Source: a virus
Lineage: Duplodnaviria > Caudoviricetes
Strand: one strand, 5' to 3'
Virus record (IMG/VR): IMGVR_UViG_3300021400_000136
Span: 16,152 to 80,151 of that record
Length of the DNA stretch: 64,000 bases
The notes below the pieces were generated by a model that did no database searches, was not told where the DNA came from, and was given only the letters and a program-made list of their open reading frames with translations. The position numbers and the translations under genes were made by a program. Numbering within the stretch: the stretch's first letter is position 1; each line of letters begins with the position of its first letter. Of the stretch, positions 38,960 to 48,004 are shown piece by piece.

Positions 38960-39024
38960 AGCCACCGGCTGGACTCGAACCAGCGACAACCATTACGGGC
39001 TCTAGCCATCTGAGCTACGGTGGC
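38960..39024 (-). ncRNA. tRNA-like RNA with a truncated anticodon arm
   Basis: Perfect acceptor GCCACCG/CGGTGGC, D-arm GCTC/GAGC and T-arm GCTGG-TTCGAGT-CCAGC, but only CCGTAATGGTTGTC between the D- and T-arms. Confidence 0.7.
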
Positions 39025-39041
39025 ATAGTGAATTTTAATAG

Positions 39042-39128
39042 GACCAGGGGTGGGATTCGAACCCACATGGATATTCTCCAACGGTATGCACACTACCGAT
39101 ACGCGCCTACCAATTGCGCCGCCCTGGC
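39042..39128 (-). tRNA. Atypical class II tRNA with an elongated anticodon arm (loop GT-GTG-CA)
   Basis: GCCAGGG/CCCTGGT acceptor, GCGC D-stem, Leu-like variable arm GGA-GAATA-TCC, canonical T-arm; anticodon region about 4-5 nt longer than in the adjacent tRNA-Leu. Confidence 0.7.
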
Positions 39129-39138
39129 TTGTGCGATC

Positions 39139-39212
39139 TGGTACTCCGGGAAAGAATTGAACTTTCGTTAAGGCCTTATAAGGACCCTACTCTGCCATTG
39201 AGTTACCGGAGC
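39139..39212 (-). tRNA. tRNA-Ile(TAT) with encoded CCA
   Basis: GCTCCGG/CCGGAGT-A-CCA; anticodon arm GGGTC-CTTATAA-GGCCT. Confidence 0.85.
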
Positions 39213-39405
39213 GGGTGTGTGGGATTTCCACCCACGCGGCTTGGTTTCAACCTGCGACCCTACTGGTGGGCCAGCTGCCATGAGGTAGATGAAAGGAGGT
39301 GGGTGTTCGCGACCACCGACACAGGTAGCATAGCCAGTTGCTGCATGTGCCTAAAACGCATATCAGAAATCCGTTCGTGCCATTGGACTCCGCGACAAGT
39401 CCGGC
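39213..39405 (-). ncRNA. Unidentified structured RNA inside the tRNA cluster
   Basis: Several hairpins, a T-arm-like GTGGG-TGGAAAT-CCCAC at the 3' end, and an internal CACCTCCTTTC; boundaries inferred from the flanking tRNAs. Confidence 0.5.
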
Positions 39406-39418
39406 ATAGATACGTAAG

Positions 39419-39492
39419 CAGAGCCGACAGGATTCGAACCTGTGAATACGTGGTTCAAAGCCACGCGTGATAGACCGCTACACCACGGCTCT
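39419..39492 (-). tRNA. tRNA-Gln(TTG)
   Basis: AGAGCCG/CGGCTCT-G; CGTGG-CTTTGAA-CCACG; ACAGG-TTCGAAT-CCTGT. Confidence 0.9.
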
Positions 39493-39527
39493 ATATACGG
39501 ATGGGGGAAGTACCCCATCCATGGAAC

Positions 39528-39773
39528 TTAGATATCGATGACTACATTCTCGAACTTCTTATATGCGTCGAGGAAAGCTATATGCTTATCTCCGCTATAG
39601 GTCAGCTCGTAGTACATACCATCGTGGAGAGTAGTACTCAGCAAGTACTTACAGTTCTGTAGGACCTTACACTTCCACACAATGAAGACATCGTAGTGCG
39701 GAGCGGGATCTGATGCATCGAGATGTTTGCCCACATACTCCCGGACGATCAGCTTTGCTTGAACATCGTTCAT
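39528..39773 (-). CDS. DUF6275-like conserved phage protein
   Basis: VFIVWKCKVLQNCKYLLST...DGMYYELTY.G.K...LDAYKKFEN. Confidence 0.6.
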   Translation of the reverse strand: MNDVQAKLIVREYVGKHLDASDPAPHYDVFIVWKCKVLQNCKYLLSTTLHDGMYYELTYSGDKHIAFLDAYKKFENVVIDI

Positions 39774-40342
39774 CCAAGATCACCAAAGTCTTCGTCGGAG
39801 GATGCGCCACCACCGGAGAGTCGCTCGCCATCTCTGGTCTTGATGCAGTTGCCAAGGCTCACGGCCACACCTTTGTTCCCGTTCTTATTGAACGGATAGA
39901 ACTCCAGAGTGACACCACCGTAGCACCCAGCGTAGAAATCTTCCGGTCCATTGGCATCGTACCGGATACCTTCCTCCAGTACCTGCACCCCTGGCTTGCG
40001 TCTGTTGGATGCGTTGAGGAACATCATACCTTCATAGGCAGGATCGTCTTCACGTTCCTCGCCATCGCGAAGGGGCTTCTTCAGTGTGGCAGGGATCTTG
40101 CCGTTCCAGTACTTCTCCGCACCCAGCTTTGCCGCAGCAGCGATGCCGTTGTTGACAAGCTTCAGTGCCTCTTCGTTATCCTTCGGGATCAGAATAGATA
40201 CCGAGTACTTTTCATACTCACTGCCTTCTGGCTTGTATGCTTCGAAGACATGCGGGAAAGAGAAGCGGACCTCGCCGATTCGAATAGCTGTACCAGATTC
40301 ATTTCTTTTCATGTTAAGATTCATGTTCATTACCTCATACAA
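39770..40342 (-). CDS. DUF2815 single-stranded DNA-binding protein
   Basis: VRFSFPHVFE, KYSVSILIPK, PLRDGEE, FYAGCYG, GVAVSLGNCIKTRDGERLSG and an acidic tail. Confidence 0.9.
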   Translation of the reverse strand: MYEVMNMNLNMKRNESGTAIRIGEVRFSFPHVFEAYKPEGSEYEKYSVSILIPKDNEEALKLVNNGIAAAAKLGAEKYWNGKIPATLKKPLRDGEEREDDPAYEGMMFLNASNRRKPGVQVLEEGIRYDANGPEDFYAGCYGGVTLEFYPFNKNGNKGVAVSLGNCIKTRDGERLSGGGASSDEDFGDLG

Positions 40343-40362
40343 AATAACTGTTTTTGTTTAAA

Positions 40363-41550
40363 CTAATTGACGTTATTGTTTGACTCGCCGAGATCCGCAA
40401 AGTCAAGTTCAACTGGGCGGTACTCTTCACGCTTGTCGGACACCGGGACAAGAGTGAGAGCACCTTTACCCTGGTAGACATAGCCCCCAACCAGAGCATC
40501 GAATGCTGAGTGCTTTAATGCCTTTTCTAATTCAGCCGGAGACTTGAGCTTTGGCTCAGTAAAGATCTGTTCCTTTGAATACCCCGCCCGCGAAAGCTGG
40601 TCGATAACTGTGGACTCATCCTTCCACACTCGACCCGGGCGTCTCCCCTCAACTAACTTGTACCCCGGAATGTGTTCACCGGCGAGAGCTCTGTTATAGA
40701 CGTAAGCTCTTACATCCTTTATCCATTGCTCCGCTGATTCCAGATAGGGGAGCATCTTCTCTAGCCTCTCGTCTGGGATTACGTCAGGCGAGTCAAACAT
40801 ATTTTGAATGACGGACAGGGAGTTCAGAACATTCTCCCTACAGATTGCTTTTACGTTGCAGAATTGGCAATGCTCACCGCTCTTAAATTCTCCTTGTCCA
40901 GTCCATGCCAATTGTGCAGCGGGTCTGATTACCTCGTCCGCCCAGCTGAGAAGGTCTTCTATCGGAAGTATTTCCTCCGTTACCGAGTCAAGCCTCGGCT
41001 GAATTATCATTTCCTTTACGTGCTTAATATCGTAGATCTCCCGGAACGCTGCGTAAGCACCTAACGCATAGATCCTAGCCTGATAGTTTCCAACCGCAGA
41101 TACGGGGACACCTTTGCCGTATTTTAGATCTTGTACGATCAGTCCACCTTCGAACACGATCACCGCGTCCGATGTGCCAAAGCATTCCGGTATCCACTCA
41201 GACATATCCAGCCGCTGCTCTACAAAAAGTTGGGCGGTCGGATCAATCTTTCGTACGGCATACAGTTCCGACATGACCACATCAACGTAGTCATCTGTCG
41301 CACGATCCATGTCGCGAGGTATATCACCAAGCGACTTGACCTGTTCAGTGTAGCTGAAGTCATTGATTTCTCCATTCTCTCTACGGAGTTTTAACTCCGC
41401 CAGACTATGGGCCAACGTACCTTCTTCCGCATATTCACTCGACTTATCACCGAATAGTTCTCTGTACTTCTGGTTCAGCCTCCCGGATGGCGGACATGTA
41501 ATCCACCGCTTCGCCGCACTCGGTGATAAAGCCGCATGCATAGTAGGCAT
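40363..41550 (-). CDS. DUF2800 PD-(D/E)XK (Cas4-like) nuclease
   Basis: HAALSPSAAKRWITCPPS, EGTLAH, FGTSD, DLKYGKG, HCQFC. Confidence 0.88.
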   Translation of the reverse strand: MPTMHAALSPSAAKRWITCPPSGRLNQKYRELFGDKSSEYAEEGTLAHSLAELKLRRENGEINDFSYTEQVKSLGDIPRDMDRATDDYVDVVMSELYAVRKIDPTAQLFVEQRLDMSEWIPECFGTSDAVIVFEGGLIVQDLKYGKGVPVSAVGNYQARIYALGAYAAFREIYDIKHVKEMIIQPRLDSVTEEILPIEDLLSWADEVIRPAAQLAWTGQGEFKSGEHCQFCNVKAICRENVLNSLSVIQNMFDSPDVIPDERLEKMLPYLESAEQWIKDVRAYVYNRALAGEHIPGYKLVEGRRPGRVWKDESTVIDQLSRAGYSKEQIFTEPKLKSPAELEKALKHSAFDALVGGYVYQGKGALTLVPVSDKREEYRPVELDFADLGESNNNVN

Positions 41551-42041
41551 TACAGCAGCCCCTTCAGCTTAGAGATTACTTCGCCATACTTGCTGGCAGG
41601 GATTGCTTCGAGTCCATCACATCCCGCGTTGTCGCGTATCCACTGCTTCGGACTACCGATCTTCCCGGCTGCCTTCGCTGCAGACAGAGCGGCTTTCACA
41701 TCAGCGAGTTTGAACTCTTCCGCCACTTCAGTTTCCTCCGGCTCCACAGGAATGGGATCACCAACCACAGCAGGGGAGAACTTCTCTGCCTCGGACGTGG
41801 GCGGATTGAACGGGACGATATTTGCATCGGCCTCTGTCACCTGCCCAACCTCTGGCGGCTGGGGTTTCGGGTATCCAATACGGAGAACCCAGTCAACATT
41901 GTCTATCGATGCAGCGAACCGCTCGAGGTTCTCCAGAAGAACACCATACGCAAGGGATGTCGGATCAGTCTGCGGGATCAGTTCAACAAGTCTCTTCAGT
42001 TCGTCAGCAGAGAATTGTGTCATAGTCAATTCATTATCCAT
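41550..42041 (-). CDS. Hypothetical protein upstream of DUF2800
   Basis: ORF track; usual position in this replication module. Confidence 0.7.
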   Translation of the reverse strand: MDNELTMTQFSADELKRLVELIPQTDPTSLAYGVLLENLERFAASIDNVDWVLRIGYPKPQPPEVGQVTEADANIVPFNPPTSEAEKFSPAVVGDPIPVEPEETEVAEEFKLADVKAALSAAKAAGKIGSPKQWIRDNAGCDGLEAIPASKYGEVISKLKGLL

Positions 42042-42057
42042 AGATACTCCTTAAAGC

Positions 42058-42249
42058 TTATTCCATATTCAGACCAAGGTAGGCCATGATAACACAGCCG
42101 AAGGTTATTACTATCTCGATAGCACACCAGGCCATACCCTCCAGCCTCTTGAATCCATCAGCAGACTTCAGTCCATTACGCAGGGAAACTACACCGGATA
42201 CCATGGAGACAAGTCCTGCTGCCGTTAATATATAAGGTAGATAACTCAT
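42058..42249 (-). CDS. Small membrane protein
   Basis: Two hydrophobic segments; GGAG RBS. Confidence 0.6.
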   Translation of the reverse strand: MSYLPYILTAAGLVSMVSGVVSLRNGLKSADGFKRLEGMAWCAIEIVITFGCVIMAYLGLNME

Positions 42250-42336
42250 ACTGTTTTCTCCTACATTCCTAACAGGGATGTAGGGAATTTCCGCATCTCT
42301 GTACGGTTATTAAATTCCCTACTCCTGTGAGTGGAC

Positions 42337-44535
42337 TTACTTCTTCAGTCTATCCATCCCGTCCTCATTCGCCTTGTCGATAAGAAAGTACTTCAGATCG
42401 ACGAGAAACTCGGGCGGATCGAGCAGGATCTTCAGCGCATCGTTGTATGCCTTGACATCCTTGTCTCGGATTGGAAGCTTCTCCCTGATGGCCTGCTCGA
42501 GGGTGGCCTCGGCTGCGGAGATCTTCAGCAGGGCATCAGCTTTCTCCGGCCCATCCTTTTTAACAGACTCGAGGTATGCCTTCTTCGCACTGTCCTCGTA
42601 CTCCTCCAGCTCTGCCTCTTCATCATCCTCATCTTTCTCCCCATCGTCATCGATGGAGGTAAGGAAGTCGATGAATTCTTTGAAGTCTTTAAACTCCTTC
42701 TCTTCCAGTGGTGTGTCATCGATATCATCAATATCGATAGGGCAGGTGTCCTTACCTTCACAGGTGGACTCGTCCTCGTCGTCCGGTACGGTACGCTTGA
42801 TGGTGATCTCCACATCGTCGTCGCCATTGATAACTTCATTCAACAGATCTTTGATGGTCATGTTAATAATCCTCCAAATTTATATCTACATCAGAGCTGT
42901 TGTCCCTGTTGTAGTCGTAGTCAATCGCACAGTCACTCGGTGCTCCCCAGTGTTTGCACCAATCATGGTTGCGAATGTTGTCGATCCTGTGCCCATCACA
43001 CAAACATTCTCCGGTGTACCAGTCGTCCTCACTATGCAGCATCTTGTTACAGTTAAGGCAGTACCTTATCTTCTGCTTCTTCATCCCGCCCTCCTAGGTA
43101 CAAGCTCTCGGTACAGTTCTCCGATGTACTCGTATCCTTTCGGACAAGTCCGCGCCTTGGTCGTACGATACTTTACCCGCTTGCCCGTCTCTTTGTTCTT
43201 ACAGAGGATGATGTAGTTCCAGACAATATCCTCTATGCCGAACCTCCTGCAGAGAGTGCAAATGGAGTTGATCGCCGTCACAGCAGCAGCAGCCTGGAGT
43301 TTGTAGTAGCCTGTGCGGATCGGCTGAACTACTTTCCTCGCATCGACACCGTGCTCCAGCAGCAGCTTGATATGTTCCTCGATCCAGTCCAGTTGCCATT
43401 GCTCCGGCGGCTTCCTTTCCGGAACAGCCTGCGGATAGCATGTATCCCCACGGAGACCTTTGATCTTGTTATTAAGCTTTTCGTGGTTATACTTCGTGCT
43501 CATCGTCGGCATCCTCCTTAAACCATTCCTCAATCGGTACTGTCGTGCACCGGAGAGGTAAGATGCATTGATCACACCAGGGGCTTATCCATCCTGTACT
43601 GATCCGTGTAGCAGGAGCACCACAGTTGATGCATGTCCTTTTTGACAGCTCCTCGTACTTCGGGATGATCTCCCGGAAGATCTTGTCCGTGCCACCAAAG
43701 TCGCACCATCTCAGCTCGCCGTACTTCTCTTTGATCTGCGTGACCCTGTACTTGTCCACACAGTTGTGCTCGACCAGCTCCTGCATGATCTCCTCGCACA
43801 TCTGTTCGCCGAATGCTTTACGCCATCCCTCTGGCATATCATCCAGCTTGGTGTACTCCCAGTCGTAATCGGGGTGATGGTCTGGTGATCCCGGCCAGTA
43901 GCCTTCTTCACCGTCTGGACCACAGCAATCCGTGATCCGCTTACCGCTCCACTCATTAGTAGGAATGAGGAATGGGAACCGCTTGCACAATTTTTTGTTC
44001 CGCTTCTTTACAGACTTCGGAACCTCCGGAGAAGTAGCCTCGACAATTACGCTGTTCTCCATGTCCTGATAGCTATCACTCATCGTCGGCCTCCGTGGAT
44101 ACAATATCGAAGGCCTCACCAAGCTGCGCCAAACAGTCGGCCAGGTGAAACACCATGTCCTTCAGACTTCCAAGGGTGTAGCCCTCAAGACACTTCTCCT
44201 GCTCCTCGTGAGTCAGATCAGAGAAACATCTATCCTCCCACCTGCCATTCCGCAGGACTCTAAAGTAGATCCCATCCAGATCTCTCTTAACAGGGATCTC
44301 TTCCTTATTACTCATCGTCTTTCTCCGTTTCGTTCAAGTCATAGTCATCGCCGAGTCTCATTATCGTATCGGTCATGATGTTCAGCATGGTGTATAGCCA
44401 CTCTCGATCCCGTCCATTCATCTGGATCTTCCGCTCTTCTTCAGTGAGATCGGAGAAGCATACGTTCTGCATTCTTCCATTCCGGCCTACTCTAAATCTG
44501 ACCGGATCTAAACTTCTTTGTTCTGGGTATACCAT
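42337..44535 (-). other. Accessory ORFs: 42337..42861 (very acidic), 42863..43084 (Cys-rich), 43081..about 43510, 43487..about 44083 (QIKEKYGELRW family), 44076..44315 and 44308..44535 (paralogous FRVxRNGR...CFSDLT)
   Basis: ORF track, same strand, coupled. Confidence 0.65.
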
Positions 44536-44661
44536 ATGTTGTGTTTCCTTAATTCGCTATGCATGAATAAATATGCATTTATTCATTTTAAACTTTTCCG
44601 CGCCTCATAACCTGCGCATCCCGATAGTGTATAATAGGGTATAAATTCTTTTCCACATTTT

Positions 44662-44873
44662 ATCCTGGCCTCTGCCCCTTCTCGCTGCCCTTCTGCATAT
44701 CAAAGTCTGTTGAGGTAGAGTCAGAAAGGAATGTATATGAAGGCAACATATTTAAAAAGGAAAGAAGTGATGCTCAGGAGGTAGGGTTAAATGATCGACC
44801 GGCCAAAGTCAATCTCGCTCTATTGAGCAACGAACTACGAAGGGCAGGGAGAAAAAGCAGAGGCCTGTAGGAT
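44662..44873 (-). ncRNA. Putative structured ncRNA of about 210 nt with a long closing stem and pyrimidine-rich anti-SD loops
   Basis: Arms 44662-44693 and 44839-44873 form about 31 bp; G-U pairs are possible only on the - strand; no ORF. Confidence 0.65.
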
Positions 44874-44903
44874 CAAACGTAGGAGGAAAGGAATAGAAGA
44901 AAC

Positions 44904-45398
44904 TTATTCACCGATTGGCTTTTCTATCTCGGACCAGTAGAGTACATGGCCATTGAATCGGTCATCTGTTTTCCCGCCAGCACCATCGAGGTATCGCCAC
45001 TCGCCATTCACTGCGTCAAAGAACAGGGTCAAATACCGGAGTGCTGAGCTGTACTTCAGCTTGAATGCGGCAAGGTAGAAACCGTCACGCTTCGGAAGAT
45101 AGAAGTTGGAGTCAACCCAAGGTGTGTCCTGTTCCACTCCGAGGATCTCAGGCACCGATGTTTTCAGCACAAGGGCTATAGCCTTAATGATCTGCATGTC
45201 ACGGGGTCTGTTTCCTTTCCGCTCCAGACTTGCTATCCCGCATCTCGACAGCCCAACCATGTTCGCCAGCTGCTGCTGTGACAGTCCTGCTTTCAATCTG
45301 TACTTCCGTATCTGGTTAGGGGGAGTGGTGTAGTCATGTGCTGGCTTGTAATTCGCGGCTGTAATTGGTCTGCCTGGTTTATTCATCGGATTATCCAT
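44904..45398 (-). CDS. XRE/Cro-like HTH protein with a C-terminal extra domain
   Basis: IRKYRLKAGLSQQQLANMVGLSRCGIASLE. Confidence 0.8.
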   Translation of the reverse strand: MDNPMNKPGRPITAANYKPAHDYTTPPNQIRKYRLKAGLSQQQLANMVGLSRCGIASLERKGNRPRDMQIIKAIALVLKTSVPEILGVEQDTPWVDSNFYLPKRDGFYLAAFKLKYSSALRYLTLFFDAVNGEWRYLDGAGGKTDDRFNGHVLYWSEIEKPIGE

Positions 45399-45401
45399 AC
45401 A

Positions 45402-45623
45402 CTACCCCCATTCCACTTCACTCGGATCGATGTACTCGATCTGCGTCTTATGGTACTTGAACAATCTCTCATCGCTCATCTCTGGTTCCGTCTTGTACCA
45501 GTCATTCCGTTCCCAGTACTTGTCATTGCTCATGTACTCATAGGTTCTTCTGTACTGACTGGCAAGAATCGCTGCGGCTGCGAAACCAAGTGCTGCAAAT
45601 ATGATCGCCTGTAATACTGTCAT
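45402..45623 (-). CDS. Small protein with an N-terminal transmembrane segment
   Basis: First gene after the - strand promoter; AAAGGA RBS. Confidence 0.6.
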   Translation of the reverse strand: MTVLQAIIFAALGFAAAAILASQYRRTYEYMSNDKYWERNDWYKTEPEMSDERLFKYHKTQIEYIDPSEVEWG

Positions 45624-45667
45624 TGTGTTGTCCTTTCTTGCTGATCGTCTCGGTTTGAAACAGCTTC

Positions 45668-45810
45668 TCGACTCGATGTGAGTCTACTATAGCACACGTC
45701 GACTCAGAATGCAACATATTTTTTGACTCGAAACGCGACTTTCTTTTTTAAATTTTTTGTAATTTGTTGTTGCTTTTTGAGTCAACGTATGCTACACTAA
45801 ACGAGTCAAT
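45668..45810. promoter_or_regulatory. Divergent promoter pair with GACTC/GAGTC operator half-sites (switch 1)
   Basis: Minus: TTGCAT-17-TATAGT (45714..45686). Plus: TTGCTT-17-TACACT (45770..45798). Six GACTC/GAGTC copies overlap both promoters. Confidence 0.7.
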
Positions 45811-45849
45811 AATGCTACGATTATATTCTAAGAAAGGGAGGAACCGGGA

Positions 45850-46194
45850 ATGTCAACCACGGAACTGTCCAGAAGATTAAATGCTTTAAGAACATACCTA
45901 GGCCTGTCACAGGAGCGAGCGGCTAAGCAGCTTGGCATCCCACGGACTACCCTGTCGGGCTGGGAGAGGGGAGCAAGAGAGCCAGATGCTGAGTCACTGA
46001 AGAAGCTTGCCGACCTCTACCATTGTACGATTGATTACATCCTCGGCTATGCAGAGGACGGAGTTGATGAAGAGCTGTCTCCCAACCAGAAGGTGCTGTT
46101 CAACAAACTCCGTGGCTGCACAGATGAGGAGGCTAAGCAGGTACTGGATATCCTTGCTGTGGTCCAGAGGAATAAGAACCCGTCGGATTACTGA
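45850..46194 (+). CDS. XRE-family repressor (CI/ImmR-like)
   Basis: LRTYLGLSQERAAKQLGIPRTTLSGWERGAREP...IDYILG. Confidence 0.85.
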   Translation: MSTTELSRRLNALRTYLGLSQERAAKQLGIPRTTLSGWERGAREPDAESLKKLADLYHCTIDYILGYAEDGVDEELSPNQKVLFNKLRGCTDEEAKQVLDILAVVQRNKNPSDY

Positions 46195-46985
46195 TGCTTC
46201 CTGTTCTGTACCTCAGTAATGATCTGGGTCATTGCATCGCACAGAGCCTTACCCAGTGCATTCGTTACTGCCGTCTTGATCAGCTCGTTGAACTCTTCCA
46301 TCGTGAAGGGGATCTGTTCAACTGACACATTGTTAACAGGATAATCGCGCCTCTCAACCGGGAGCAGGTCATTACGAACTGAGGTAACGTAGCTGCGACC
46401 TGGGGTTGAGGTAACCCGGGGAAGAGCCGCATCCGGAAGAGACATAAGATAATTGTAAACTCGTACCCGCTTGGCCTTACCTACACAGAATTTCTTATCC
46501 TTGCCCCGTTCAAATCCTGCGAGGTTATAGTAGTTAACCCCAGTCGCTTTGGATACATCTACTATCGTCAGCCCCTTTCTCTCCCGCAGCTGCCGGAGAT
46601 AAGGACCGGAGATCTCTACTGCATCAGACACTGACTGCTTCACTTCATACTTACCAGTCCGTCTGATAGCGGGGATGATCTCGTCTGCTACCTTCGCCTG
46701 GAACGCTTCTGCTGTAGCGTTCTTTGCCTTCATTGCCAAACGATAGAAGATGTTCTCGGGGATGAACGTGTCTTTCGCAACTTCCTGCGAAAAGCCCATG
46801 TCCTTTAGATACTGCTTCACGGTATTCCAACGGACATACTCAACACCTTTGCTCTGATCTACAAACCCAAGACCACGAGCTGCTGTCTCGAGATTGAGAT
46901 AAGCTACCCCATTTCTTTCATAGCAATCAACACCTTGGATCGTAGTGATAGCGATGTCGTTGCTTGCTGCCGTTTCTTTTTTCAT
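46188..46985 (-). CDS. Phage antirepressor (BRO-like N-terminus plus HTH)
   Basis: AYLNLETAARGLGF...YVRW...FIPENIFYRLAMKAKNATAEAFQAKVADEIIPAIRRTGKY. Confidence 0.8.
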   Translation of the reverse strand: MKKETAASNDIAITTIQGVDCYERNGVAYLNLETAARGLGFVDQSKGVEYVRWNTVKQYLKDMGFSQEVAKDTFIPENIFYRLAMKAKNATAEAFQAKVADEIIPAIRRTGKYEVKQSVSDAVEISGPYLRQLRERKGLTIVDVSKATGVNYYNLAGFERGKDKKFCVGKAKRVRVYNYLMSLPDAALPRVTSTPGRSYVTSVRNDLLPVERRDYPVNNVSVEQIPFTMEEFNELIKTAVTNALGKALCDAMTQIITEVQNRKHQ

Positions 46986-47004
46986 ACTACGTTTCCTTTC
47001 TAAT

Positions 47005-47120
47005 TGATGTTCAATACTGAACTCGGCGGTTCATATTGTGACAATACATTACCACCGCTTTGTTCGGCATGCAACAACAATTCAGTTACAATTTGAACTT
47101 TATAGTTACAGCGTGAACAT
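47005..47120. promoter_or_regulatory. Divergent promoter region with GTTCA/TGAAC operator half-sites (switch 2)
   Basis: Minus: TTGCAT-17-TAATGT (47074..47046). Several GTTCA/TGAAC copies lie between the antirepressor and the second XRE gene. Confidence 0.55.
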
Positions 47121-47148
47121 TATTGTCTGGCATAGAACAGGAGCTGCT

Positions 47149-47502
47149 ATGAACGCTGAAGATTTTGCAATAAGAATTAAGGAACTCCGCGCAAATAAAC
47201 ACGTCACCCAATCTGATGTCGCTGAGGCTACAGGAATACCTAGGAGCACAATTGCGCATTACGAACTAGGAAAAAGGCTCCCAGACTACGAGTCAATCGT
47301 AGCCCTCTGTTCTTACTATTCAGTGAGCGCGGATTATCTTATCGATCCTTTCCCCAGAAGTGGGGAAAACTCTTTTGCAACTTCCTGCAAAAAAGAATCT
47401 TCTCCTGCCACCACCCGGCTGATGAACACAGTACGAGGCATGGAGGAGAAGGACATAGACACCCTGGCTGACATCGCAGAGGTACTGAAGAGACACAGAT
47501 AA
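47149..47502 (+). CDS. Second XRE-family repressor
   Basis: IKELRANKHVTQSDVAEATGIPRSTIAHYELGKRLP...SADYLI; start at the ATG after CAGGAG. Confidence 0.85.
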   Translation: MNAEDFAIRIKELRANKHVTQSDVAEATGIPRSTIAHYELGKRLPDYESIVALCSYYSVSADYLIDPFPRSGENSFATSCKKESSPATTRLMNTVRGMEEKDIDTLADIAEVLKRHR

Positions 47503-48004
47503 ATATTGACTAACTGCTTTCGCTGTGGTATATTTACCGCAGATAGCTTCTATGTGAACAGTATGGAGCATATGCAAAAAGAAAAGCAGCAGTGTCGAGA
47601 CCACTACTGCTTTCCGCTATTTAAAGCATAGCTGCTGTGTGTTGCGTACTGTGGTTACATCTTGTCCAACACATGGCTGAGAATGTAGAGGAGGATTCCT
47701 GCTACGACATCTACAGCAACAAGATACATGAAATTGTGAACAGTATTTTGCATATGCTCTCACCTCCTTCTCTGGGGAGGTATGGGTTACCCACAGCATG
47801 GATCAGTATACCACACCCCCGGCCAGACAATAAACTTTTCCGCGCCTCTGAAACCCGCACTATTATTTGTACCTACAGAAGGAAAAAACAGCGCTATTAT
47901 TGCACCTCACTTAATCCCCAGTTAAGCAGGTATCCTTGGCCATAGCCCACCAAACTTACCCCCTTAACCCGCCATTTACTAAGGACAAAGGAGATGACCA
48001 CGCT

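Noticed and set aside
39213-39405. SRP RNA, tmRNA or tRNA-Sec identity for the inter-tRNA RNA
   Set aside because: No SRP helix-8 motif, no tmRNA acceptor end or tag ORF, and no UCA anticodon arm or matching acceptor strand.
39114-39470. 118-aa + strand ORF with a strong internal AAAGGAGGT
   Set aside because: Antisense to three tRNA or tRNA-like genes; the SD-like text is better explained as the complement of the anti-SD in the - strand RNA, though this is not excluded.
44563-44586. Palindrome ATGAATAAAT-ATGC-ATTTATTCAT
   Set aside because: Single AT-rich palindrome with no second copy or linked promoter; possibly an operator but unsupported.
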